The translations under genes were made by a program, and so were the position numbers. A stretch of DNA of 53,945 nt, from assembly GCA_033812595.1 (NCBI GenBank), contig JAPXTJ010000002.1:1-53945 (forward strand). Reading direction: 5' to 3'. How positions within the stretch are numbered: position 1 is the stretch's first letter; each line of letters begins with the position of its first letter. The notes under the pieces are model-generated. The model worked only from the letters and a program-made list of their open reading frames with translations, ran no database searches and was not told where the DNA came from. Source of the stretch: Thermomicrobiales bacterium (GTDB taxonomy: Bacteria; Chloroflexota; Chloroflexia; Thermomicrobiales; UBA6265). Shown here piece after piece: positions 17,910 through 26,293 of this stretch.

Positions 17910-18821
17910 TTAGCCCGCAACCTCGAAGACCTGGATCATGCCCATCATGACGTGCGGAACCTCCTGGCCGGGGTCGGCAACGAAGCAGATCGCTGCGTAG
18001 AAGCCCGGCTGGAAATCAACATCAATCCAGATCGTGGCGCCGCCGCCGATCACCGGGGTTGCCAGAACCGGGGGCGCATCGCCTAGCGAGAACGCGCCCT
18101 CAGCGGAGGGGGTGCCCTGCATCATGCTCATAACGCCGGCGTGCGCTTCATCGTGACTGTAGAGCTTGTCCGTTGCGAAGATGATCGCATGGTGCAACAC
18201 CACGTGCGTGTTGGTGACCTTGACGATGGCGGGGCCAGCCGGAATCGCACCGTCGATCGTGAATTCATACGCGCCGAATTCGATGGTAGCGGCGCTCTCG
18301 ATCGCATCGGCCGCATCGGCGGCCAGGTCACCGGTGACCGACATCGGCGCGATGCCAATCGGCGTCGATTCGCTCATTTCATCCGGGCTACCCGCAGTGG
18401 CGGCAACCTGGTACTCCCCGGCCGGAAGCAGCACGGCGATCTTAACTGTTTGGCCCGGCATCGCATCGTACACCACCGGAATGTTGGCCTCTGCCCACCA
18501 GGCATCGATGACCGGCCTGGCGAAGCTCTCCAGCACCATCTCGGGCGTCGTTCCATCCGGTGGCTCAGCCAGCATGAAAGACACCAGGGAAGCAGTAGCG
18601 TTGTTCACAACCAGCAGCACGGGGCCGGCCTCGAACGAATCAGGCGCCTGCACGCCGTCATCGGTAATCGTGATTTCGAGCTCCGGCAAGCCGAGGCTAT
18701 CGAGCAGTGAGCCACCCACCGGGGTTGAATCCTGGGCGGAGGCGAGACCAAATGGGACGATCGCCGCGCCCGCGGCGGACGCAGCGACCAGGATCACAGT
18801 TCTGCGCGATACCTTCGTCAT
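17910..18821 (-). CDS. Tat/Sec-exported protein with a C-terminal cupredoxin-like signature; paralogue of 7063-7998
   Basis: Start ATG at 18821 with GGGAGG upstream. Signal MTKVSRRTVILVAASAAGAAIV. C-terminal end GFYAAICFVADPGQEVPHVMMGMIQVFEV and an upstream His pair NTHVVLHHAIIF. Confidence 0.6.
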   Translation of the reverse strand: MTKVSRRTVILVAASAAGAAIVPFGLASAQDSTPVGGSLLDSLGLPELEITITDDGVQAPDSFEAGPVLLVVNNATASLVSFMLAEPPDGTTPEMVLESFARPVIDAWWAEANIPVVYDAMPGQTVKIAVLLPAGEYQVAATAGSPDEMSESTPIGIAPMSVTGDLAADAADAIESAATIEFGAYEFTIDGAIPAGPAIVKVTNTHVVLHHAIIFATDKLYSHDEAHAGVMSMMQGTPSAEGAFSLGDAPPVLATPVIGGGATIWIDVDFQPGFYAAICFVADPGQEVPHVMMGMIQVFEVAG

Positions 18822-18976
18822 GGTGTTCCTCCCGTCAATCGCACGTGTGCATTGCGCGCTGGAACCGCATCCGGACGACCGATTCGCCCGCAACGACTCC
18901 TGCCACCATCGTGCGGTTGCACCATTCCCGGGCGGAAGTGAGCGTTGTCCCGGATTAACCGGGAACCCCCTTCCCG

Positions 18977-19417
18977 ATGGTGCGACTTTGCGACGCGCGG
19001 ATGGCTCTACTGGCATGGAGACCGGTGGCCCACGACACCGGAGTGGAACGTTCGCCATCGAACGAAGGAGGAACGCCGCCCCACGCCAGGAGGTACGAAA
19101 CAGGGACGCTCAACGATTCGACCGATTGGCGAAGCGCTCCCGAGTGGCGAAACGCCGGCTTTAACTTCGCCGGTGTGGGCGCATTCCTCGAAACGCTCCG
19201 CAACGCCAAGGACCTCACCACGGCCACCTACGCGCACAGGCTGGCAAGCCCGACCTCGGGTGAGCCGATTCGGGACCTGGCCGGAGAGGCGATCATCGAG
19301 GGCCGGCACGCGGCTTGGCTGGCGGTGCGCACGGGCGAGATCGCGTTGACCGAGCCGGTGGAGCGCATCCTCACCCACGAGGAACTGCAGGCAGAACTGG
19401 CGGAGTTGCTGGGCTGA
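18977..19417 (+). pseudogene. Possible remnant (C-terminal half only) of a ferritin-like domain protein
   Basis: ..FLETLRNAKDLTTATYAHRL..AGEAIIEGRHAAWLAVRTG.. resembles the second half of the ferritin-like (desiccation-related) domain. No matching first half or signal peptide is present. Confidence 0.3.
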
Positions 19418-19436
19418 ATCCGTCCATACGCCTTTC

Positions 19437-19520
19437 CCTCGGGTTCAAACCCGAGGCCAGGAACGGAAGCCGCTCCGCGGCTTAAAGAGAAGCGAGTGGC
19501 CGATTTGGCCACCCGCTTTC
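19437..19520. terminator. Three tandem hairpins between convergent genes
   Basis: CCTCGGGTT..AACCCGAGG (19437-19456); AAGCCGC-TCC-GCGGCTT (19467-19483); GAAGCGAGTGGCC-GATTT-GGCCACCCGCTTTC (19489-19520). Confidence 0.5.
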
Positions 19521-19531
19521 ATGTCGTCTTT

Positions 19532-19559
19532 CCAATGGCCAATTGCCAACGGCCAAGTG
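19532..19559. repeat. Four tandem heptamers CCAAnnG (CCAATGG CCAATTG CCAACGG CCAAGTG)
   Basis: Read directly; lies just 3' of the stop at 19572 (minus strand). Confidence 0.6.
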
Positions 19560-19571
19560 CCGACAGCCGCG

Positions 19572-19979
19572 CTACTTCTTTTTCGGGCGCTCCGTGAAGG
19601 TCTTGGCCATGGCCCGGACGCCGGCGATCGAACTGGCGACCGAGATGAGCGGCTTCACCGCTTCTTCGGTGACGAAATCGGTGGTGCCCTTCACCCGCTT
19701 CAGGGTGGACGTCAGCTCCTCGATCGCCGGAATCACCCGGTCCTTGATCTGCATGACGAGGAAGATGAGGCCGGCCGTGATCCCGGCCAGCAGGATCGTC
19801 ACCACCAGCAGGAGCAGGACAATGAAGATGACGGCGATATCGCGCAGCCGTTCCAGCGCCGATTGATCGTCATCGCCGAGCATGTAGAGCCCAAAAATGA
19901 TCAACCCGAAGATGATCAGCGCCCCAACGACACCGCCGATGATGTACCACTTCGTCCGGCTGGAGGGTGATTCATCCAT
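19572..19979 (-). CDS. Small two-TM membrane protein (DUF948-like C-terminal region?)
   Basis: TM helices WYIIGGVVGALIIFGLIIFGLYML and IAVIFIVLLLLVVTILLAGITAGLIFLV. The ATG at 19979 overlaps the mnmA stop by 8 nt. Confidence 0.6.
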   Translation of the reverse strand: MDESPSSRTKWYIIGGVVGALIIFGLIIFGLYMLGDDDQSALERLRDIAVIFIVLLLLVVTILLAGITAGLIFLVMQIKDRVIPAIEELTSTLKRVKGTTDFVTEEAVKPLISVASSIAGVRAMAKTFTERPKKK

Positions 19980-21180
19980 CCGATTCCCCACTTTCCGTCG
20001 CCCGCTCAACCGTCCGGATCGTGCCGCCGCCGAGCACTTCCTCGCCGGCGTAGAAAACGATCGCCTGCCCCGGCGAAGCGATCGGCAATCCCGCGGCCGC
20101 GCCGGTGAAGCGGATCGTCGCCGTGCCGCTGCCGGCCGGACCCGGGGTGATGATCGCGTCGTTCAACTGACCCCGATAGCGCACCATCGCCCGGCACGAA
20201 ACGGCCGTTTCCGGCCAGCGGTCGCTGGTAAACGCAACCCCATCCGCCTCGACTTCCCGGGCCACCGCGCGCTGGCGCGATCCTACCATGAGACGATTCT
20301 GCTTCGTATCGATGTCGAGCACATAGAGCGGCTGCGGGCCGGCGATGCCGATCCCCTTGCGCTGCCCGACGGTGTGATGCACGAGCCCCTTGTGCTCGCC
20401 AAGCACCGCCCCTGATTCATCGATGATCGCGCCCGGCTTCGTGACATCGGGCCGTCGCTTCGCCACGAAATCGGCGTACGAGCCCCGGCCGACGAAGCAG
20501 ATCTCCTGGCTCTCTTCCTTTTCCGCCACCGGCAGTCCGAAGCCACGCGCCAGCTGGCGCACCTCGGGTTTGGTCAGCCGGCCGAGCGGGAACTGGATGA
20601 AGCTGAGCTGATCCTGATCGAACGTGTGGAGCACGTAGCTCTGATCCTTGTTCCCGTCGATCGCCCGTAGCAGCCGGTAGGGCTCATCGTTACCGCCCTC
20701 GATCCGGGCGTAGTGTCCGGTGGCGAGGCAATCGGCGCCGAGCTGACGCGCCCGCGCCACGAGGTGGCGGAACTTGACGTGCCGGTTGCACTCGAGGCAG
20801 GGGTTCGGCGTGCGTCCTTCGGCGTACTCGTTGACGAAGCGATCGATCACCGCTTCGCCGAACTCAGCTTCCATATTGATGGCGTAGAAGGGAACCCCAA
20901 TGATCGCACAGGTGGCGCGGGCATCGTCCATCGCCGGAATGCCGCAGCAGGGATTGGCGGCGTGTTCGGCATCGCCGGGCGAGAAGAGGCGCAGGTTCAT
21001 GCCGACCACGCGGTAGCCGCGCTCGCGCATGATCAGCGCCGAAACCGCGCTGTCGACCCCGCCGCTCATCGCAACCACGACCGTCTTGCCGGCGCCGTCA
21101 CGCGGGCCGATCTTCTCCTCGGTCAGCAGCAGCGCCGTCTCCACGGCGGTGGTGATTGGATTGGAAAAGGTAACCGCCAT
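19972..21180 (-). CDS. mnmA: tRNA 2-thiouridine(34) synthase
   Basis: PP-loop VVVAMSGGVDSAVSA, catalytic Cys context NPCLECNRHVKF, full-length MnmA architecture. The ATG at 21180 was chosen over the longer track ORF. Confidence 0.9.
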   Translation of the reverse strand: MAVTFSNPITTAVETALLLTEEKIGPRDGAGKTVVVAMSGGVDSAVSALIMRERGYRVVGMNLRLFSPGDAEHAANPCCGIPAMDDARATCAIIGVPFYAINMEAEFGEAVIDRFVNEYAEGRTPNPCLECNRHVKFRHLVARARQLGADCLATGHYARIEGGNDEPYRLLRAIDGNKDQSYVLHTFDQDQLSFIQFPLGRLTKPEVRQLARGFGLPVAEKEESQEICFVGRGSYADFVAKRRPDVTKPGAIIDESGAVLGEHKGLVHHTVGQRKGIGIAGPQPLYVLDIDTKQNRLMVGSRQRAVAREVEADGVAFTSDRWPETAVSCRAMVRYRGQLNDAIITPGPAGSGTATIRFTGAAAGLPIASPGQAIVFYAGEEVLGGGTIRTVERATESGESDG

Positions 21181-21335
21181 CGAAAAAGGGTCCAAACCTG
21201 AACGGAACAACGCCGGTCCTCCAGCGCAACACAAGAGTATAGCAATCCTCCGTAATCACGAGCCGTTACGATAACAACCGAACTGGATGTCCGATTCGGA
21301 GATTATGCTAAAATTGGTATATCTGGAGGAGGAAG

Positions 21336-21674
21336 ATGCGCAGACTTTACTACGTGGGCACGAGTTACGATGACTTGGCCGCCTTTCCCCACGAAGTCCA
21401 GACCGACGTCTTTCTCTCACTCCAGGTCGCGGTTGAAGGCGGAAAAGCGCCCAATGCAAAACCCCTCAAGGGATTCGGTGGCTCGTCCGTCGTGGAGATC
21501 GTTGAATCGTTCGATGGAGATGCGTACCGCGCCGTCTACACCGTTCGATTCAAAGATGCGGTCTACGTACTCCACGCGTTTAAGAAGAAGTCAAAGTCCG
21601 GTATTGCCACAACGAAGCGAGACCTGGACTTGATTCGACGTCGACTGAAAGAAGCCGAATCACGTGCAACCTGA
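21336..21674 (+). CDS. RelE/ParE-superfamily toxin, phage Gp49/HigB-like
   Basis: ..GDAYRAVYTVRFKDAVYVLHAFKKKSKSGIATTKRDLDLIRRRLKEAE is the typical Gp49-like signature. Lies in a lower-G+C patch. Confidence 0.8.
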   Translation: MRRLYYVGTSYDDLAAFPHEVQTDVFLSLQVAVEGGKAPNAKPLKGFGGSSVVEIVESFDGDAYRAVYTVRFKDAVYVLHAFKKKSKSGIATTKRDLDLIRRRLKEAESRAT

Positions 21675-21696
21675 GATAAAGGAGGCAATTGACACG

Positions 21697-22056
21697 ATGG
21701 ATGATCTGCACATTCGAGAGGGTAGCGATAACGTTTTCGCCGACTTCGGGTATCCCGATGCTGAAGACTGGCGCGCCAAAACACGGTTGGTCATGCAGAT
21801 TTGGACCACCGTAGAAGCACGTGGATTAACCCAGCGTCAGACTGCGGAGATTCTGGGAGTCGATCAACCGAAAGTCTCGCTCCTGATGAACGGGAAGCTT
21901 CGAGGTTTCTCCGTCAGCAAGCTGATGGAGTTCCTGAACGCGCTCGATCAGGACGTTGAGATCATCGTGCGTCCGAAAGCAGCCGGCCAGGAACATGGCC
22001 GCACCACCGTGCGTCTCGTCGCCGAGGAAGAACCGGCGTACGTGGCTGAGGGGTAG
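21697..22056 (+). CDS. XRE-family HTH antitoxin (HigA-like)
   Basis: NVFADFGYPDAE...GLTQRQTAEILGVDQPKVSLLMNGKLRGFSVSKLMEFLNALDQDVEIIV. GGAGG lies upstream of the ATG at 21697. Confidence 0.8.
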   Translation: MDDLHIREGSDNVFADFGYPDAEDWRAKTRLVMQIWTTVEARGLTQRQTAEILGVDQPKVSLLMNGKLRGFSVSKLMEFLNALDQDVEIIVRPKAAGQEHGRTTVRLVAEEEPAYVAEG

Positions 22057-22059
22057 CGA

Positions 22060-23352
22060 TTAGGTCGTTGCTGCCATCGTCACATCGGCGCGGGGGCGGC
22101 GGATGAGGCCGAGCATGGCGAGAGCGCCGAGACCGGAGATCGCCGCCAGGAGCCAGAAGACCGGCCGGTAATCACCGAACCAGACGTAGGCGAGGCCGGC
22201 GCCGATCGGGGCCAGGCCGCGCGCCCAGGTGATGAAGAACGACATCGTGCCGCTGATCGCTCCGAAGGCCGAGCGGCCGAAGTACTCCACCACCAGCCCC
22301 GGACGCATCAGCGTCACCACCCCGCGGCCGGCGCCGAAGATCAGCACCGCGACCAGGATGCCGGCCCGGCCCTCCCATTCGAGCAGGATCACGATCGCCA
22401 CTACCTGCATGGCGAAGAGCACCGCCGTCAGCGCTGCCTGCGACACCCGCTTGGTCAGGATGGTGGCGGTGATCCGGGCCGCGACCTGCGCCGCGCCGAT
22501 AAGGCCGGTGGCGGTGGCGGCGAAGGCGGCGCTTTCGCCCCGCTCGATCAGGTAGGGAATCATGTGCACCCCGATCGCGATCGAGGAGATCGTTTCGAGG
22601 AAGAAACTGCTCGTGATCCACCAGAAGCTGCGATCGCGCACCGCCTCGCCGAGCTTCATCGATGGCCGCGCGCGCGGTCCCCGCGCGACCACCGCCGGCG
22701 CCTCGGCCAAACCATCGACCCGCAGCCCGAGATCCTCGGGACGCCGGCGCAGGATGAGCGCGTGCGGCAGGATCGTCGTCACGCCCAGGATCACCGCCAA
22801 CCCGAGCAGCGCATCGCGCCAGCCCCAGCGCGTTTCGAACCAGCCGGTGAGCGGCAGGAAGATCGTGCTCGCGAAGCCAGCCAGGATGGTGATGATCAGG
22901 ATCGCCCGGGCACGATCCCGCTCGAACCAGGCGGTGACGGCGGTGAAGGCCGGCTCGTAGAGGGTGGCCGACATTGCCAGCCCAATCCCGATCCAGATCA
23001 GGTAATAGAGCCAGACGTCGCTCACCTGTGACCAGGCGACGATCAACGCCGTGCCGAGGATCGAGCCGGCCGTCATAAGCAGGCGTGGACCGTGCCGGTC
23101 GAGCCAGATGCCGACCGCCGGCGCCACCAACCCCATTACGATCAGCCCGGCCGAAAACCCGCCGGTCAGGGTGGAGACGGACCAGCCAAGATCGTCCCGC
23201 ATCGGCGTGAGCAGCGCGGAAAAGGCGTAGTAGAGGATGCCCCAGGAGACGGTTTCGGTGATCGCAAGCGTACCGGTGATCACCCAGCCGTAGTAGAAAC
23301 GGGCGAGGAACGGCGGATTCGACTCACCCGGCACGTCACTCCCCTCACCCAA
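22060..23352 (-). CDS. MFS transporter
   Basis: 12-TM-type hydrophobicity pattern and typical MFS loop motifs. Confidence 0.8.
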   Translation of the reverse strand: MGEGSDVPGESNPPFLARFYYGWVITGTLAITETVSWGILYYAFSALLTPMRDDLGWSVSTLTGGFSAGLIVMGLVAPAVGIWLDRHGPRLLMTAGSILGTALIVAWSQVSDVWLYYLIWIGIGLAMSATLYEPAFTAVTAWFERDRARAILIITILAGFASTIFLPLTGWFETRWGWRDALLGLAVILGVTTILPHALILRRRPEDLGLRVDGLAEAPAVVARGPRARPSMKLGEAVRDRSFWWITSSFFLETISSIAIGVHMIPYLIERGESAAFAATATGLIGAAQVAARITATILTKRVSQAALTAVLFAMQVVAIVILLEWEGRAGILVAVLIFGAGRGVVTLMRPGLVVEYFGRSAFGAISGTMSFFITWARGLAPIGAGLAYVWFGDYRPVFWLLAAISGLGALAMLGLIRRPRADVTMAATT

Positions 23353-23367
23353 GACCGCGCGGAGCGA

Positions 23368-24756
23368 TCAGCGCCGCGTCAGCGTGATCAGTTGCGGCGT
23401 CGAACCGCAACACCCGCCCGGGGAATCATCGCAGCAACCGCCGATGCGCGCGTTGGCCGTTTCGCCCAATTCGATTGTGGAATCGCAACAGGAGCCGCCG
23501 TCGCCAAGGTCGGTCGAGCAGACGCCGGTCTCGGGCAGCACCAGCCTGACGTCACGAGCGGCGACCAGATCGCCCGCGATCGCGCAGGCGATCGAGCGCA
23601 CCTGCTCGTAACCGGTCAGGAGCAGGAAGGTCGGCGCACGCCCGTAGCTCTTCATGCCGGCGATGTAGAAATCGGGATCCGGATGCTTCAGTTCCTCGGC
23701 GCCGTGGGGCGGCACCGAGCCGCAACTGTGCAGATTCGGATCGATCATCGGCGCCAGCCGCCGGGGCGCTTCGACGGCCGGATCGAGATCGAGGCGAAGC
23801 TCGCGCGCGATCGAGAGATCGGGCCGGAACCCGGCGCAAACAACGATCTCGTCGACCGGCGGCAACGCTTCGGTACGCGATGAGGCGACGATTCCCGCCG
23901 GCGTCTCATCGAGTCGGGTGGTTTTGAAGCCGGACACAAGCGTCAGCCGGCCCGCATCGACCAGTTCGCGAACGCGTTGACCGAGTCGACCGCGCGCCGG
24001 CAAGCCGTCCGCAGCACCACCGCCAAACGATTGCTCGAGGCGCCGGCCGCTGCGCCGCACCGCCCAGACGATCGAGCCTGTTCCGGTTTCATCGATCAGC
24101 GTCGCGAGATCGAGCAGCACGTTGAAGGCGGAGTGACCACTGCCGGCCACCAGCACGCGCTTGCCGGCGTAGCGGGACCGCTCGGCGCCGAGCAGATCCG
24201 GAATGCCGTAGGCGATCCGATGCCGCAACGCCATCTCGCCGGGCGCCGGCACGCCCGAACCGCCGAGCGGATTCGGGTGGGTCCAGGTACCGCTGGCGTC
24301 GATCACCGCTTTCGCCAGGAGATCGTCCTGCCGGCCGTCGGCGGTCTCGACCGTCACCCGGAAGGGTGCGCCGTTCCGGCCCGGCGTGAGCGACTTGTCA
24401 AAGCCATCGCGCGTGACCGCGACCACCCGGTGATCGAGCCGCAGCCGCGGAGCGATGGTCGGGTGCGCCGCCAGGGGCGCGAGATAAGCCGCGATGATGT
24501 CGGCACCGGTCGGGTGGGCGTCACCATCCGGGGCGATCCAGCCGGTCGGAGTCAGGAGCCGCACCGCCGCGTCGTCGGTCACGTAGCGCCACGGTGAGAA
24601 GAAACGGACGTGCGACCAATCCCGCACATTCGCCGCGATCTCGCTCCCCCGCTCCAGAATCAGCGGTTCCTCACCCTGTTCGAGCAGGTGAGCCGCTGCC
24701 GCCAACCCGACCGGCCCCGCGCCGATCACCACCACCGGCCGTTGTCCGTTGCTCAT
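23368..24756 (-). CDS. FAD/NAD(P)-binding oxidoreductase (flavin-monooxygenase-like, ArsO-like context) with a Cys-pair-rich C-terminal tail
   Basis: Dinucleotide fold VVVIGAGPVGLAAAAHL and a second GSGHSA motif. The tail carries three vicinal CC pairs (SCCDS, GGCCDD, GGCCGS). GGGGAGGAG lies upstream of the ATG at 24756. Confidence 0.7.
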   Translation of the reverse strand: MSNGQRPVVVIGAGPVGLAAAAHLLEQGEEPLILERGSEIAANVRDWSHVRFFSPWRYVTDDAAVRLLTPTGWIAPDGDAHPTGADIIAAYLAPLAAHPTIAPRLRLDHRVVAVTRDGFDKSLTPGRNGAPFRVTVETADGRQDDLLAKAVIDASGTWTHPNPLGGSGVPAPGEMALRHRIAYGIPDLLGAERSRYAGKRVLVAGSGHSAFNVLLDLATLIDETGTGSIVWAVRRSGRRLEQSFGGGAADGLPARGRLGQRVRELVDAGRLTLVSGFKTTRLDETPAGIVASSRTEALPPVDEIVVCAGFRPDLSIARELRLDLDPAVEAPRRLAPMIDPNLHSCGSVPPHGAEELKHPDPDFYIAGMKSYGRAPTFLLLTGYEQVRSIACAIAGDLVAARDVRLVLPETGVCSTDLGDGGSCCDSTIELGETANARIGGCCDDSPGGCCGSTPQLITLTRR

Positions 24757-24780
24757 CGTTCGCTCCTCCCCGATGACATC

Positions 24781-24804
24781 ATTCATCGATACATATCGAT
24801 GAAT
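24781..24804. promoter_or_regulatory. Palindrome ATTCATCGATA-CA-TATCGATGAAT, candidate ArsR operator upstream of the flavoprotein gene
   Basis: 11-bp perfect arms read directly, 25 nt upstream of the preferred start at 24756, in an AT-rich patch. Confidence 0.5.
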
Positions 24805-24842
24805 ATAACCGCAAAAACTCCGTTCAAGGCCGGCGCGTGTCC

Positions 24843-25223
24843 TTATCGCGCGACGGGCGTCTCGAACAACCGCCGTATCGTTTCGGGCAACACCCCGAGT
24901 CCAGCGCGATTGAGCTGGTAGTACATGAAGGTACCGCGTCGTTCGGCGTAGACAAAACCGACATCACGCAAGATTCGAAGATGATGCGAGATCGTCGGCT
25001 GGCTGATAGCGAATCGCGGCGTAATCTCGCAGACGCAAACTGGCTCCTCGCACCCGGCCAAGAGACTGAGAATCTGAATTCTGGTTGGATCAGCCAACGC
25101 CTTGAACGCGCTGGCATACTCGACTGCTTCAGTATCACCAATCGACATCAATCCCGCCGTCGGCGTACAGCACACTTCACTGATAGCGGTATTGGCTTGT
25201 TCGACGATGATCGTTGCACTCAT
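24843..25223 (-). CDS. arsR: ArsR/SmtB-family metalloregulator
   Basis: ALADPTRIQILSLLAGCEEPVCVCEI..SQPTISHHLRILRDVGFV gives the CVC metalloid site in helix 3, plus an N-terminal CC pair (EVCCTP). Confidence 0.9.
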   Translation of the reverse strand: MSATIIVEQANTAISEVCCTPTAGLMSIGDTEAVEYASAFKALADPTRIQILSLLAGCEEPVCVCEITPRFAISQPTISHHLRILRDVGFVYAERRGTFMYYQLNRAGLGVLPETIRRLFETPVAR

Positions 25224-25247
25224 GTCACTCTCCCAAAAACCCGTTGC

Positions 25248-25269
25248 TCGATACTACTCCTTGTATCGA
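25248..25269. promoter_or_regulatory. Inverted repeat TCGATAC-N8-GTATCGA upstream of arsR, candidate autoregulatory operator
   Basis: Read directly. Followed by the related GTATCGACAAATATCAATAC. Confidence 0.4.
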
Positions 25270-25275
25270 CAAATA

Positions 25276-26040
25276 TCAATACAGCGACGAGCGATCACCG
25301 ACAGTCGAAGCAGCGCCGCCATTTTCGAGATCATCCGCGAAGTGATCCGACAGTCCATTCTCTCCTCGAATGGCGGTCGCCATCGCGGCAATGTCATAAG
25401 CGACCCGATGGAACCCAACATCAGGGAGACTTCCATTTGACAGCTTGAGCAATGCCCAACAGGCGCGTGGATCGCCGTCCTTCGGCTTGCCCACACTCCC
25501 CGCGTTGACCAAACACACGCCACCGATCTCCTTCGACCAGGGTATGTGCGTGTGCCCAAAAATGAGCAGCCCGCAATCAGACTGATTGGCGATCCGTTCG
25601 AGTGACCGGGGGTCGCGGTCTTCGTAAAGATATTCATTGATCCGACGAGGTGACCCATGCACCAAACGCAGCCGAAACCCTTCTATCTCGACGCGCAGTT
25701 CGCCGGGAAGTGAGCGCAAATGGGCTTTGTTCTCATCTGTGATGACAGACCGGGTCCAGAATAGAGATTGTTGACCCCGCTCCCGCTCGTCCGGATCTCT
25801 ATATGCGCAGCCGCAATCATCCCGATCGTACCCGACACCATCATCGTAATTCCCCATAATTGTGGGAATTCTCCGGTTCCGAATCAACGCAATCGTTTCG
25901 TTCGGCAAGGCGCCGTAGCCGACCAGATCGCCGAGGCAGTAGACAGCATCGGGAGCCTCCGCGTCGATCGCCGCCAACACTGTTTCGGTGGCGGCGCTGT
26001 TACCGTGCAGATCGGAGAGGATCGCGACCCGGGTCGTCAT
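25276..26040 (-). CDS. Metallophosphoesterase (calcineurin-like, YfcE/MJ0936-type)
   Basis: Motifs in order: ILSDLHGN, GDLVGYG, GNYD, GHTH. Confidence 0.85.
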   Translation of the reverse strand: MTTRVAILSDLHGNSAATETVLAAIDAEAPDAVYCLGDLVGYGALPNETIALIRNRRIPTIMGNYDDGVGYDRDDCGCAYRDPDERERGQQSLFWTRSVITDENKAHLRSLPGELRVEIEGFRLRLVHGSPRRINEYLYEDRDPRSLERIANQSDCGLLIFGHTHIPWSKEIGGVCLVNAGSVGKPKDGDPRACWALLKLSNGSLPDVGFHRVAYDIAAMATAIRGENGLSDHFADDLENGGAASTVGDRSSLY

Positions 26041-26249
26041 CAGCAGACCCCGCAATCACACGTTCCGGAGCGGATGCAGCAGCGAACCCGGCGCAAAGCA
26101 AGCAGAGGGACAAAACCGGGAATGCGCGCCCCACCAAATCGAGCAACGGAGTCCCGCACGCATTCAGCAAGGAAAGGCGCAATCAGACATTGCTCGCCCG
26201 GGCATTCCTCAACGGCAACGCGCCCGACAAGCTCTACGACAGCGTCCAT
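26040..26249 (-). CDS. Small cysteine-rich protein (69 aa), possible metal(loid)-binding accessory
   Basis: GGAGAGGGAG SD before the ATG at 26249. Its stop overlaps the phosphoesterase start (TGATG). Eight Cys residues, including C-terminal RCCIRSGTCDCGVC. No family recognised. Confidence 0.45.
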   Translation of the reverse strand: MDAVVELVGRVAVEECPGEQCLIAPFLAECVRDSVARFGGARIPGFVPLLALRRVRCCIRSGTCDCGVC

Positions 26250-26293
26250 GTCGCTCCCTCTCCACCCACGGATCAATACAAATCCATCCACCG

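Noticed and set aside
26040-26249. Possibility that the small Cys-rich ORF is ArsD.
   Set aside because: ArsD is about 120 aa with its CC-x3-VCG motif at the N-terminus and a thioredoxin-like fold. Here the Cys cluster is C-terminal and the protein is 69 aa. It is kept only as an uncharacterised Cys-rich ORF.
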